Assembly (NCBI RefSeq): GCF_006345805.1 | Contig: NC_043020.1 | Span: 23,002,001 to 23,066,000, forward strand | Origin: Octopus sinensis | Lineage: Eukaryota | Length of the DNA stretch: 64,000 nt | Reading direction: 5' to 3' | Shown here: positions 38,100 to 50,240 of the stretch, piece by piece | How positions within the stretch are numbered: position 1 is the first letter of the stretch | How the letters are laid out: each line of letters opens with the position of its first letter | Notes under the pieces: generated by a model | The model's input: the letters and a program-made list of their open reading frames with translations, nothing else | The model's database searches: none | Told to the model about the DNA's origin: nothing | Program-made: the position numbers and the translations under genes

Positions 38100-38340
38100 A
38101 AACGATGAATACTTTGCGTAAACCATGGTCCGTTTTGTTCTCTTACTTTATCATCATCTTATAATCATCTCATAATAATGACTTTTATGACTCGTATTAC
38201 TACCTCAGTCAATCTTAATGTATATATGTGTCACTACCTGTCATAAATAGCCTTTTTTTTTGCAACGTGCATTTTCGTTGATTTTTCATATTTTACCCTT
38301 ACGTGTATCTTATATTTTCTTTTTATAACATATTTCTACA
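38100..38340 (+). repeat. ~250-bp dispersed repeat; inverted copy at 45264-45520
   Basis: Colinear reverse-complement match; both copies abut TA-rich tracts. Confidence 0.8.
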
Positions 38341-38471
38341 ATATATAAATATATATATATATCAGAGCCGACAGAGTGACACAAGGGCCAAGAGTCACTC
38401 TGTTACTTCTGCTAAATATTATACATACACTCATGATTTGAGTTCTATTTTCCCTGACAGCTTCACCATAC

Positions 38472-38517
<46 letters not shown>

Positions 38518-38625
38518 ATATATATATTATAGATATATATATAACAAAGTTGAGTTGTGGGGTATCGCACGAGTTGAATTATATACGAAAGAAGGTTTGA
38601 AAATGCAATTTAAAAGATGTTTATT

Positions 38626-38668
38626 TACTTAACCGGTTTCACTCTTTGGAAAAAGATTGTCAAAAGTA
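38626..38668 (-). ncRNA. Minimal HHR, U3:A8 variant, in left arm of foldback
   Basis: Minus strand: TACTT TTGACAA TCTTT-TTCC-AAAGA GT GAAA CCGG TT AAGTA. Confidence 0.6.
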
Positions 38669-40070
38669 ACATAGAATATTATGAATTCAAAAAAGTTTTT
38701 TTACATAATTGCCACATAACATATACAGTATTTGGTAACAGGGACATGTTAAGGACATAAAGAAGTACAACAGTGTGATGAGAATATTTGAAAAAATGGG
38801 CAGAAAAGAATAAAACAAATATATTATTGGAAGTTTGGTTGCGTTAATTATTGGTTGTTGCAAATTGCCACATTACATGTATATAAACAGTCTTTGGTAA
38901 CAAGGACATGCTAATGACATAAGAAAGTACAGCAGTATGATGAGAATATTTGAAAAAATGGGCAGAAAAGAAAAGATAAAATGAATATATTATACATCTC
39001 AGGGTCATTACAGAATATTATGAATCAAGGCGAGTTTGTTTACTGACCTGTCCGTTTTAGCAGAAATGTTGAATTGAGAAAGATGTACCGTTTTTTTCTG
39101 TTTTTGGTTTTCCTTCAAGCATCAAGATTTTGGGGTTAGGATGAGGTGAATATATGTGTCTCTCTGCATGTGTGTGAATAGATGTGTCTGTGTGTCTGTA
39201 GTATTTGGTCAGATGGCGTCTGTTTGTCAAGTGTGTGTGGTTGTCATGGTGTTGTGTGTGTGCGTGTGTGCGCGCGTGCGCGTGTACGCACGCATGATGT
39301 GGATGGCATTTGACATGGTGCTGCGTGTGTATATATGTACCTGTATGGAGGTGAGACTGGTGTGAGTGTGCGTGCCCCTGTGTGCGTGCGCACACACGTA
39401 TACAAGCGTCTGCGTGTGTGTGGGGGCTGTTTTTGAATGGTTCCAGGGTGGCGAAAATAGATGTGTGTTGTTTAAAGAATTTTTTGGGGTAGGATGGTGT
39501 GTGTATATATGCGTGCCCGCCCGTGCGCATATATACACACACATATATATATATATACAGGCACATATATACACACGCAGCACCATGTGAAATGCCATCC
39601 ACACTCATGCGTGCGTACACGCGCACGCGCACACGCACACGCGCAGGCGCGCACACACGCACACACAACACCATGACAACCACACACACTTGACAAACAG
39701 ACTTGAATTCATAATATTCTGTAATTCTGTAATGACCCTGAGATGTATAATATATTCATTTTAATCTTTTCTGCCCATTTTTTCAAATATTCTCATCATA
39801 CTGTTGTACTTTCTTATGTCATTAGCATGTCCTTGTTACCAAAGACTGTTTATATACATGTAATGTGGCAATTTGCAACAACCAATAATTAACGCAACCA
39901 AACTTCCAATAATATATTTGTTTTATTCTTTTCTGCTCATTTTTTCAAATATTCTCATCACACTGTTGTACTTCTTTATATCCTTAACATGTCCCTGTTA
40001 CCAAAGACTGTATATATACATGTTATGTGGCAATTATGTAAAAAAACTTTTTTGAATTCATATATTCTGT

Positions 40071-40113
40071 TACTTTTGACAATCTTTTTCCAAAGAGTGA
40101 AACCGGTTAAGTA
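40071..40113 (+). ncRNA. Minimal HHR, U3:A8 variant, in right arm of foldback
   Basis: TACTT TTGACAA TCTTT-TTCC-AAAGA GT GAAA CCGG TT AAGTA; stem I perfect 5 bp; stem III palindrome ACCGGT. Confidence 0.6.
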
Positions 40114-40164
40114 AATAAACATCTTTTAATTGCATTTTCAAACCTTCTTTCGTATATATATATA

Positions 40165-40229
<65 letters not shown>

Positions 40230-40544
40230 GAAGGGCTTCCTTACAGTTACCGTCTAGCAAATTCACCCACAAAGAATTGGTCATTTCATTCCAAGGCTAT
40301 TGTAGAAGGCACTTGCCCAAAGTACTGCACAGTGGGACCGAACTCGTAACCAAACCATAAGGTGGCAAAGTGAACTTCCTAACCACACGGCCATTCATGT
40401 GCTTATTCAAAGGAAGATTTCTTAAATAAAACTGGTAGTTTTCTATCCAGTGACTTCCCTCACTTCGACATCAATGTCTTTCCATTAAAAAGCCTGCCAC
40501 CTTGGGCCGATACAGATTAATATTATTGCAGTTGTAGACGTCAT

Positions 40545-40870
40545 GAAGGCTCTTGGCTAAGTGGTTAGAGTATTCGGCTCACGATCGCAAGGTCGTGAGT
40601 TCGATTCCCCGGCAACGCGTTGTGTCCTTGAGCAAGACACTTTATTTCACACTGCTCCAGCTCACTAAGCTGGCAAAAACGAGTAGTATCTGTATTTCAT
40701 ATGGCCAGCCTTGTCACATCCTGTATCACACCGAATCTCACTGAAAACTATGTTATGGGTCCGTGTGTCTGCGGAGGGTTCAGCCACTTGCGCGTTAATT
40801 TCAAGGGCAACGTGTTCCGTTGATCGGATCAACTGGTACCCCACGTCATCGTAACCGACGGGAGTGCCAG
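40545..40870 (+). mobile_element. SINE family D (tRNA head, gtgtccttgagcaagacact, long body)
   Basis: A and B boxes present; minus-strand relatives at about 1500-2020 and 36500-36830. Confidence 0.75.
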
Positions 40871-40942
40871 TTGTGGACGTTGCTGTCTTCATTTCCATCT
40901 TCATTTTTTCTAATGACATTTTTTCTCTAAGTTAGAGAAAAA

Positions 40943-43900
40943 ATGTCATTAGAAAAAATGAAGATGGAAATAGAACTACTCAAGCTGAGAGCTAAGACGA
41001 ATGAAGAAAAAGTAAAAACCATAGACGAGGAAATCAACGAAGAAGTCATCAAACTAATAGACGACATCAATACTGAAACATTACCAGCACTATGGAATGA
41101 AGAATGTGAAAAAGAGGAACTTAAGTCCCTCCAACGATGGGAAAAGAGCGCCATCTGGTTTTTAGATTATGAAACCAACTTCAAAAATGAACACATATCC
41201 AACAACCCCTTCATAAAATTAAGTAACTCAAAACCAAATACCAACAGAACGGAACAACCACCAAGAAATCCTAACATACTCTACACCAGAAAAATACACT
41301 TAAAACACACCCCACACTACCTACACCAACCCCAAAACACCTACAGAGGCCCACCACACCAGTTCGAAAATAGATATACCAACAGAGCAGAACAACCACC
41401 AAGAAATCCAAACACACTCTACACCAGAAAAATACATTTAAAACGCTCCCACACTACCTACACCAACCCCAAAACACTTACAGGGGCCCACCACACCATT
41501 TCACGAACCTAAGAGCCACAACATTCAATACTATAAAGTACAATCCACATAACCAAACTAAAACGCTACTACCAAACATCCACCCCAGGAACCAACCATA
41601 CAAACCTAACAAACAACAAATGCACTACGGAGGAAACAACTACCAACACAATATACCTGATGAACTAAGACGGAACACTAGGTACAAACAAACACACTTC
41701 AGAACAGAGCACCACAAACCACTCTGACAATTATAACAACATGAGACAGATAAATAGTAGTTTTGAACATAACTACACCAACCATTTTTTAGACCTTAAC
41801 ACAGGAACAGGGACACACGATGGCAAAGGACAAACAAAAGAAACCTCAGTAATTAAGATAATCATCTCTCAAACAAAGAACTTACACCTAACGAAATAAG
41901 CATACTCTCCAAAGGACTTAAGTTTACACCAACCCCACAACGTTCTAATTACTATGAAATGAAAGATGATATTTCGGAATTTTGCAGAAAACTAAGACTC
42001 ACCGAGGAATTTCAAGACAAACAAATAGAGGAGGATTCAATAGCTAGAAACAAGAGCAATTACACCCCCACCAAGGGAAAGAATAAAGCCTTAGATCGCT
42101 ATTGTGACTACATGACTAATTTCCCGTTTCAATTCATCAAGAAACAAAAACACAGCCCTAACTTCAACAAAAGAGAATGGAACGACCTCATCAAACTAAG
42201 AGAAGACAAAGCAAAAACAATTAAGGAGGCAGATAAGGGCAACGCGATAGTAATAATGAATACAAACGATTATAAAAATTTAGTGCTATCCCTATTAAGA
42301 GATGAAAGTATTTGAAAAGGCCCAACAGTATAATCAGCAAAAAATAATGCATAACCTTAGGACATTAATCAACACATACCGAGAAGGACTCACGGACAAG
42401 GAGTATGAATACATCACTAACTTCAAATGCAAATCGAGTTTGTTCTATGGTATCCCTAAAGTACACAAAAGCCAAATATAGAGAGAAACGTGCAAAACAT
42501 CCACCGATATACTCATCAAAATCCTTCACCAAATGATCTTAAACTTAGACCGATAATAGCAGGGCCAGCATGTGAGACTCACCGCCTCAGCAATTTCTTA
42601 GACACACTTCTCTAAACCTTCCTAAAACACATCAAAAGCTAGTAAGAGACGATATAGATATGCTCAACCACCTCCCCAAAACAGTCAATGAGAAAACCCT
42701 TCTAGTATCATTCGACGTAGTTAATCTTTATTCTAACATCCCTCACAACCTAGGAATAGAAGCGATCACCTTCTGGCTGAATAACTACCCCTTTGAACTC
42801 CCAACTCGCATAAACAAAGACCTTATAATAGAAGGACTTAGATTTATTTTAGAGAACAATTATTTTATTTTGACAATAATTTCTACAGACAAAGATCGGG
42901 AACAGCGATGGGCACGCGTACTGCACCATCTTTTGTCAACCTAGTGATGGATACCTCGAGAAAATACTCTACCAGATAACACTCGAGAAATTTGGAAACA
43001 CCTTCGCCACCTATATCCATAACAACTGGAAAAGATACCTCGATGACTGTTTCATCATCTGGGACAAAGGTATAGAGAAACTTGAGGAATTTAAAATACT
43101 ATTAAATGGATAAATGATAATATACAATTCACGATGGACCCAAACGAAAATGAATTACCATTTTTAGACATCCTCATTAAAAAAACCGGCAAAAAAATAG
43201 AGACAGATATCTACTATAAACCGACAGACTCAAATAATACCTACCCTTTGATTCATGCCACCCACGACACACAAGAATGAATGTCCCTTTTTGTTTAGCT
43301 AGAAGGATCTGCACCATAATATCAGACACAAACACCCGACACCACGTCTCCAGGAACTTAGAACCACACTCACAAATAGAAACTATCCACAGCCCCTAAT
43401 AGACAGTGCAATCCAAGGGCACTCAAATTAAGTGTAGAAGACCTGAGACAAACAAAACCAAAAAAAGAAAAAGAACAATTTAAAAACCCTTCCCTACATC
43501 TCTACACACAACCCACTCAACAATGAGGCCTTCAGCACCATACTACAAAGCACAGCCCTACTAAAGGGAGACCCAAAGATGAACCGGATCCTCGAAACAC
43601 ACACCATCATTAAAAGTAAACGGCAACCAAAATCCTGAAAAGGATTTTAACCCAAGCTAAACTGCACTCAACATCAAACACAAAAACCAGCAGTTAGAAA
43701 ATGTGGAAGGCCCAACTGCGGAATCTGTGTCATCTTGATAGAAGTTTCAGAATTTATACTAGAACAAGGCCACCAGTTCACCATTAGAGCAAACTTCACC
43801 TGCGCATCAGAAAACTTAATTTACGTCATAACATGCGCAGGCTGCAATAGGCAGTATATAGGCCATACAAAAAATAGCTTACGTAACAGGATGGCGGTGC

Positions 43901-44109
43901 ATAAATCACAAATTAGAAACCCTGAATACCGGAAAATACCGGTCAGCGGACACATAGATAGATGTGCTGGAAATGTAAATCCGAAATTTACAACTTACCC
44001 ACTTTATAAATTCAGTGACAACGCAACCTTCACGCAACGCCAAAATAAAGAACTGTATTTCATCAAAAAATTTAGACCAAGTTTAAACACCTTGGGCCAG
44101 GAATATTAA
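40943..44109 (+). pseudogene. Disrupted PLE RT/GIY-YIG ORF
   Basis: Motifs LRPIIAG, LVSFDVVNLYSNIPH, GTAMG, RYLDDCF, LPFLD, YYKPTD, CGRPNCGIC, LIYVITCAGCNRQYIGHT; multiple frameshifts. Confidence 0.9.
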
Positions 44110-44279
44110 AACAAAAGATTGGTCCTCCGAAAAGGAGAAGCAAAATTCCACCACGGCCGCTACCTTAAACAGTCACTCACACTGACGGAAATATGCCTTA
44201 GGGAAAAAGGGAAAAAAATTTATAAAAAGATCTCTTCGAACAGATCTAACCCTGATGGACTGACCACATACGATACAGC

Positions 44280-44790
44280 TAAGGGTCAGACCCGATTCTG
44301 ATTGGTCAACACGTTGATGACGTCTCGTTCTGCTAGACTGGACAGGATACAGACAAGGGGCAGATCTAATACAGCTATAGGCCGGGATTGGTCAGAATAT
44401 TGATGACGTCCCGTTATGCTTGACTAGTCACCCAACAGGATACAGACAAGGGGCAGATCTAATACAGTTATAGGTCGGGATTGGTCAGAATATTGATGAC
44501 GTCCCGTTCTGCTTGACTAAGCCACCTAACGAAACGATTGGTCAAAACAGGATACAAACAAGAGGCAGATCTAATACAGCTATAGGTCGGGATTGGTCAG
44601 AATATTGATGACGTCCCGTTCTGCTTGACTAAGCCACCTAACGAAACGATTGGTCAAAACGTTGATGACGTCACGTTACGCTGGACTGACCACCTAACAG
44701 GTGATATAAAACCCAAACAATTCACAAGGTTCGCCAGAACTATCCAGCGAACACCGACCAAAAGTCATCACAGTTACTCAAGGTAAAATC
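44280..44790 (+). promoter_or_regulatory. pLTR promoter candidate: five ATTGG(CCAAT)+TGACGTC(CRE-like) modules, TATA box, splice donor
   Basis: ATTGG at 44301, 44387, 44480, 44592 and 44649, each followed 17 nt later by TGACGTC; TATAAAA 44705-44711; AAG/GTAAAA donor at 44783. Confidence 0.55.
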
Positions 44791-45016
44791 TAAAATGAAT
44801 TCCTCGCTCTTCAGGAACATCAATTTTTTATATTGACTGCATATCACCACTTTGATCTATCTTTTATTGAATGCATATCACCACTATGAACCACTGCATC
44901 ATACTCTTTGAACATATAGCATGAACGAACTCACTTCACTATATATGAACTTTGATGCCTGACTCTATTGTATGTTATAAATGAATTTTTTATATTTGAT
45001 AGCATGAACTATCTTT

Positions 45017-45088
45017 TTTTTATATATAATTTTTTGATAAGGTTCATCATTTCAAGAACCGAAACATGTTATAATGTATATATAAAAA
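45017..45088 (+). ncRNA. Type I HHR in PLE 3' pseudo-LTR, U3:A8 variant, GUU site
   Basis: TTGATAA (45034-45040) GGTTC-ATCATTTCAA-GAACC GAAA CATG TT; long A/T stem I (45017-45033 with 45071-45088; one mismatch, one bulge). Confidence 0.7.
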
Positions 45089-45196
45089 TTAAAAATTAGT
45101 CTAATATAGCAGCATTTTCGAACTTCATTTTTTACAAATATATACCCACTCGTATACGAGCTAATCTTATTATAAATATATATATATATATATATA

Positions 45197-45267
<71 letters not shown>

Positions 45268-45550
45268 GAAATATGTTACGAAAAGAAAATATATAATACA
45301 CGTGGAAATTGTAACGGTTAAATATGAAAATCAACGAAAATGCACATTGAAAAATAAAAAAGGCTATTTATGACAGGTAGTGACAAATATATACATTTAG
45401 ATTGAATGAGAGTGAGGTAGTAATACGAGTCATAAAAGTCATTATATGAGATGATTATAAGATGATGATAAAGTAAGAGAACAAAAACGGACCATGGTTA
45501 CGCAAAGCTATTCATCGTTGAACAACACCGGTTAATACATACATACATAC

Positions 45551-45629
<79 letters not shown>

Positions 45630-46814
45630 AGCAAAACATTCAAACACTTAGATTTGAAATCAGATGTCACTACTGTTCATATCATCTGTGGATAAATTTT
45701 AAAATCGATGATATCACCAGCAGTGACATGGGTGGATCGCAGGCGCAATAGCATTAAATAGCTATGAATTCTACATTTGTACGAAGCGTAAGGATGCTTA
45801 ACAAGCATCCACTTGCTAGAAATAAGAGCTAAAGTCTTAAATTTATCCACCGTACCGCACCAAGATAATAGAGAAAAACAGTATGCGAGGAAAACAGAAA
45901 GGATTAAAACATATATATATATATATATTGGTAAAAACGGTAAGATAACAAAAGAAAGAAAGATACCTCAATATTATATAAATAAAGGAAATTTATCTGT
46001 AAAATAATATGTGACAATTTTCGGATGCCGAGGTGAAAATCCACAACACCATCTCTTCGGTTATCTGGCCATCTGAAAAAGGCGTTTTGAGAGAGCAATA
46101 CTTCTCATATATATAGGGAGAATTCACGAAAAAAACAAAAGACGAAGACAGGTGGTGTACAAAACAAACAGATGTATTAGTATAACGCTCAGGAATCGAA
46201 AAAGTCTTTTACGTTTCGAGCCTATATGTATATATACGCACGTATCTTTTGGCATTGTTGCTGAAATAACTTCGCTTCGTTGTAGACCATACCATTCGAA
46301 TACATGCTGCTCTTTCCATCAATTCTATGAACAAAACGCGAAAATCTATGAAAGACATTCTTATTTTCGCAGGGCGAAAATATATAAAAGAAAAACAAAC
46401 AAACAAACAAACAAGCAATCAAAGAGAAACACAGAAGCAAGGCAGAGCAACGTAATGTTTAAATAGAAGAGCGAAAACTGACATTTTGGAAGCAAATTTT
46501 CCTTTCGATATTCGCCTTCTTCAGCGGCGAAATTTTCTTATATATATATCGATGCTATCTCTAAATAAACGGTCGCCGAATAAAGGAAATTGTAGAGGAA
46601 AGGACGGAAATATATGTTGATAATGATATTATAATGGTGTGTGAAATATTCTTGTTTTTAATTGGTATGGAGAAATACGTCTGAGTCTGAAGGAAAATGA
46701 TAGTATTAGCACAAAAGAAAGGAAACAGGATATATTTATATATAAAGGGGGTGCACCAGTATGGCCTCAACCTCTGGCTGAAAACCATGAAATAAATAAA
46801 AGAAATACACACAC

Positions 46815-46864
<50 letters not shown>

Positions 46865-46985
46865 ACTTACATATATACATACAGATATATGTATATATAC
46901 ACACGTACAATATATATATATGCATATATATATATATGTATACGTATATATATTATATATACGTATATATATATTATATAAGTAG

Positions 46986-47285
46986 AGGCGCAATGGCCTA
47001 GTGGTTAGGGCAGCAGACTCGCGGTCGTAGGATCGCGGTTTCGTTTCTCAGACCGGGCGTTGTGAGTATTTATTGAGCGAAAACACCTAAAAGCTCCACG
47101 AGGCTCCGGCAGGGGGTGGTGATCCCTGATGTACTCTTTCACCACTCTTTCTCTCTCTCTTTCTTCTGTTGGCCTGCTCGCTTAGCCAGCGGGTTGGCGT
47201 CGTTCGAAGGCTAAAACAATGCGAACGCATTGTGACCAGCGATGTGTAAAACATCTGATGGTCTGGTCGGTCAAGTGATATATCA
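46986..47285 (+). mobile_element. SINE family E
   Basis: Full head and tail, flanked by (TA)n. Confidence 0.8.
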
Positions 47286-47519
47286 AGTGATATATTATAT
47301 ATACACGAAATTTCACATAAATACATTGATACATACATACGTACATATGTGTGTGAGTGTGTGTGTGTATATAGCCACTCCTGTGCCTATATATATATGT
47401 ATGTATATATATGTGTGTATATATATGTATATATGTATATATATATATGTGTGTATATATATGTATATATGTATATATATATATGTATATATGCATATAT
47501 ATATATGCATATATAAGTA

Positions 47520-47559
<40 letters not shown>

Positions 47560-47943
47560 AATACACACACACACAGTTATAAATACACAACCACACCCTC
47601 ATGTGCGTGTCTACATATTAACATGCATAGACTTACATATAATTCTGTTGAGAAATCGTTTGCAATGTTGAAACTTTTCTCGGTCGAACTTTGTAACCAG
47701 TAACGCCCATATTTCTCACCTATCGCCTGTTTCAGTTATTGGACTACAGCAATGCTGGAGCAATGCCTTGATGAATTTTTAGCCAGATGGATACGCAATA
47801 GTTCTTATTCTTGCTGACCTGCTGAGCAGCAGGGTCGTAAACAAACCAGCACTGGTTGTCAAACAGCAATGGAGGATAAATACAGGCACAAAGACCCCGC
47901 CTACCACTACATATATGTATGACTGACCGCTATAAGTTTACGT

Positions 47944-47984
<41 letters not shown>

Positions 47985-48028
<44 letters not shown>

Positions 48029-48705
48029 CGCCCTTGAGTCTGTGTTTATCCTCCACTACCGCTAAACAATCGTCGCTGCTGTGTTTACCTTTCTGTAACT
48101 TAGCGGTTCGGCAAAAAGGAATGGATAGAATAAGTAGCTCAAGGTACCACGCAGCGGGTCTGAATCCGGAATCAAGTGGTTGAGAAGCAAGCTCTCTGCC
48201 ACACAGCCACACCTGCGCCTATAAAGAGAAATGAATATTTCTCCCAGAATATAGTCTTAATAATAATAATCCTGATATCTATAAGTAAAAAGGTTAATGA
48301 GATTAATAAAAATTATTCTATTCTGAAGATATGCCCTATGTATATATGTGTGTGTGTGTGTGTGTGTGTGCGCGCGCCTTGAGTCTGTGTTTATCCTCCA
48401 CTACCGCTAAACAATCGTCGCTGCTGTGTTTACCTTTCTGTAACTTAGCGGTTCGGCAAAAAGGAATGGATAGAATAAGTAGCTCAAGGTAGCACGCAGC
48501 GGGTCTGAATCCGGAATCAAGTGGTTGAGAAGCAAGCTCTCTGCCACACAGCCACACCTGCGCCTATAAAGAGAAATGAATATTTCTCCCAGAATATAGT
48601 CTTAATAATAATAATCCTGATATCTATAAGTAAAAAGGTTAATGAGATTAATAAAAATTATTCTATTCTGAAGATATGCCCTATGTATATATGTGTGTGT
48701 GTGTG
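47985..48705. repeat. ~347-bp tandem duplication
   Basis: ccttgagtctgtg at 48031 and 48378; units nearly identical. Confidence 0.9.
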
Positions 48706-48829
48706 TTTTCCACATATTTTCAACTCATAATTTTTCCACATGGTGTATATTGAATATTCAGTATCTTTTTTCCTTGTATATATTTATATTTCAACTATAT
48801 ATATATATATATATATATATGTAACAGAT

Positions 48830-49660
48830 AGATAAATAGATACAGCCTTTGAATGGCTGGAGAAACGATTAACATAATTCAGAGTCTGATTTGCCTTGTG
48901 GAAAGGTTTATAAAAACCAGTAGAGAGATCTAAAGTGACATCTAGGAAATCATCAAATATAATAGATAATCCTACATTCTTAAAGTATCTGGTAAGTTTT
49001 TTTTATCTAATATATTCTGCATTACTGGCGTTATGTAAAACCAGTAAAGAATCATATCTATAAAGACCGTCATTAAAGCTCTGAAATTCATCTTTAATGT
49101 ATTATAATAAGTGAATGCCTACAAGATCAGTGATTTGTGCAGAGTCATTTGATCCCTTGGTAATATCGAAGTTGCTTTGTCTATTCTTTCTCGTCCAGAG
49201 TTTATAATTAAATTTAATAATAGTTCTCCTTGCTGCTAGGATGATATCTATATAATTTCTGGTAAGATTAGAATTTTTCATAACAAAGATAAGGGCTTCG
49301 TTAAGAAGTATAGAGTAGATAGAAGTATAGAAATCAATATCGATTTTTGGGAATTTAATATTTATTTTATCATTAATACGATTATTATTAAACCAGTTAA
49401 TTACTTCTATAACATTAGACCATAAGTTAATCGATATTTTCCTCTTAAGTGTAGGTACAATTCTATCTATAATGAGTTTACTTATCTTTCCAATATCCGA
49501 CTTAGTTGGGCAAATCAATCTAACAGGGTTACTTATAAAATTTTGTTTATGATGTTTAAGATTTATACGAGGAGGTCTTGGTTGGAAAGGTTCTCTTCTA
49601 TTCTCAAGTGATTTCACAATATTATGTCCTTGTTTATCAACATTAAATAAATACATATCA
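48830..49660 (-). mobile_element. PLE RT fragment, third lineage (YRDD-type; possibly Hydra clade)
   Basis: LKHHKQNFISNPVRLICPTKSDIGKISK, DIDFYTSI, FDITKGSNDSAQITDLVG, GLYRYDSL, FLDVTLDLSTG; clade label is from memory and unverified. Confidence 0.8.
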
Positions 49661-49864
49661 TCATTTAGCGTCTGGTTTCCCTACTGGCATGGGTTACAGT
49701 ATTTGACTGAAAGTGGTAAGCCGGAGAGCTGTACCCGGGTTCAGCCTGATTTATATACACATACACATATATATATATACACACGTATTCGGCATTGATA
49801 TAAAAGATTGTGGTCAGTGGTGCCTTTGAGAATAATTACTGTAGACTGCTGTCTGGTAGCATGT

Positions 49865-50240
49865 TCTCTTCTACTCGAGGCACAAGGCCCGAAAGATTTT
49901 GGGAGAGGACCAGACGATTAGATCGACCCCAGTACGCAACTGGTATTTAATTAATCGATCCCGAAAGGACGAAAGGCAAAGTCGACCTCGGAGGAATTTG
50001 AACTTAGAACGTAACGGCAGACGAAATAGCTATTTCTTTACTACCCACAAGGAGCTAAACACAGAGGGGAAGAACAAGTACAGACAAATGGATTAAGTCG
50101 ATCATATCGACCCCAGTGCGTAACTGGTACTTAATTTATCGACCTCGAAAGGATGAAAGGCAAAGTCGACCTCGGCGGAATTTGAACTTAGAACGTAACG
50201 GCAGACGAAATACCGCTAAGCATTTCTCCCGGCGTGCTAA
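49865..50240 (-). mobile_element. SINE family C, dimeric
   Basis: Reverse complement of the same body; fragments also at 57495-57640. Confidence 0.8.

Larger units (their letters stand above)
38587..40153. mobile_element. Non-coding foldback element with ~600-bp inverted arms, each carrying an HHR near the outer end
   Basis: 38587-39029 plus 39218-39345 is the reverse complement of 39553-40153; arms contain an internal ~170-bp sub-repeat; TA-rich flanks. Confidence 0.8.
40891..45178 (+). mobile_element. Penelope-like retroelement (probably Neptune-type), near full length, decayed, with 3' pLTR
   Basis: Frameshifted RT followed by C-terminal GIY-YIG, then a pLTR with tandem repeats, TATA box and HHR; ends in (TA)n; 5' end is a fold-back hairpin. 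Clade call rests on the CGRPNCGIC linker and is from memory. Confidence 0.9.

Noticed and set aside
40547-40615. tRNA gene (also 57445-57500 and 12615-12660)
   Set aside because: A and B boxes are present but the acceptor stem is incomplete and the sequence runs into SINE bodies; these are SINE heads.
45664-45730. Minus-strand CTGGTGA...GAAC as an HHR
   Set aside because: Better explained as one continuous hairpin; the core is broken at A6 and A15.
46495-46545. Minus-strand CTGAAGAAGG...CGAAAGG as an HHR
   Set aside because: Stem II has collapsed and there is no UH site or stem I partner; at best a dead relic.
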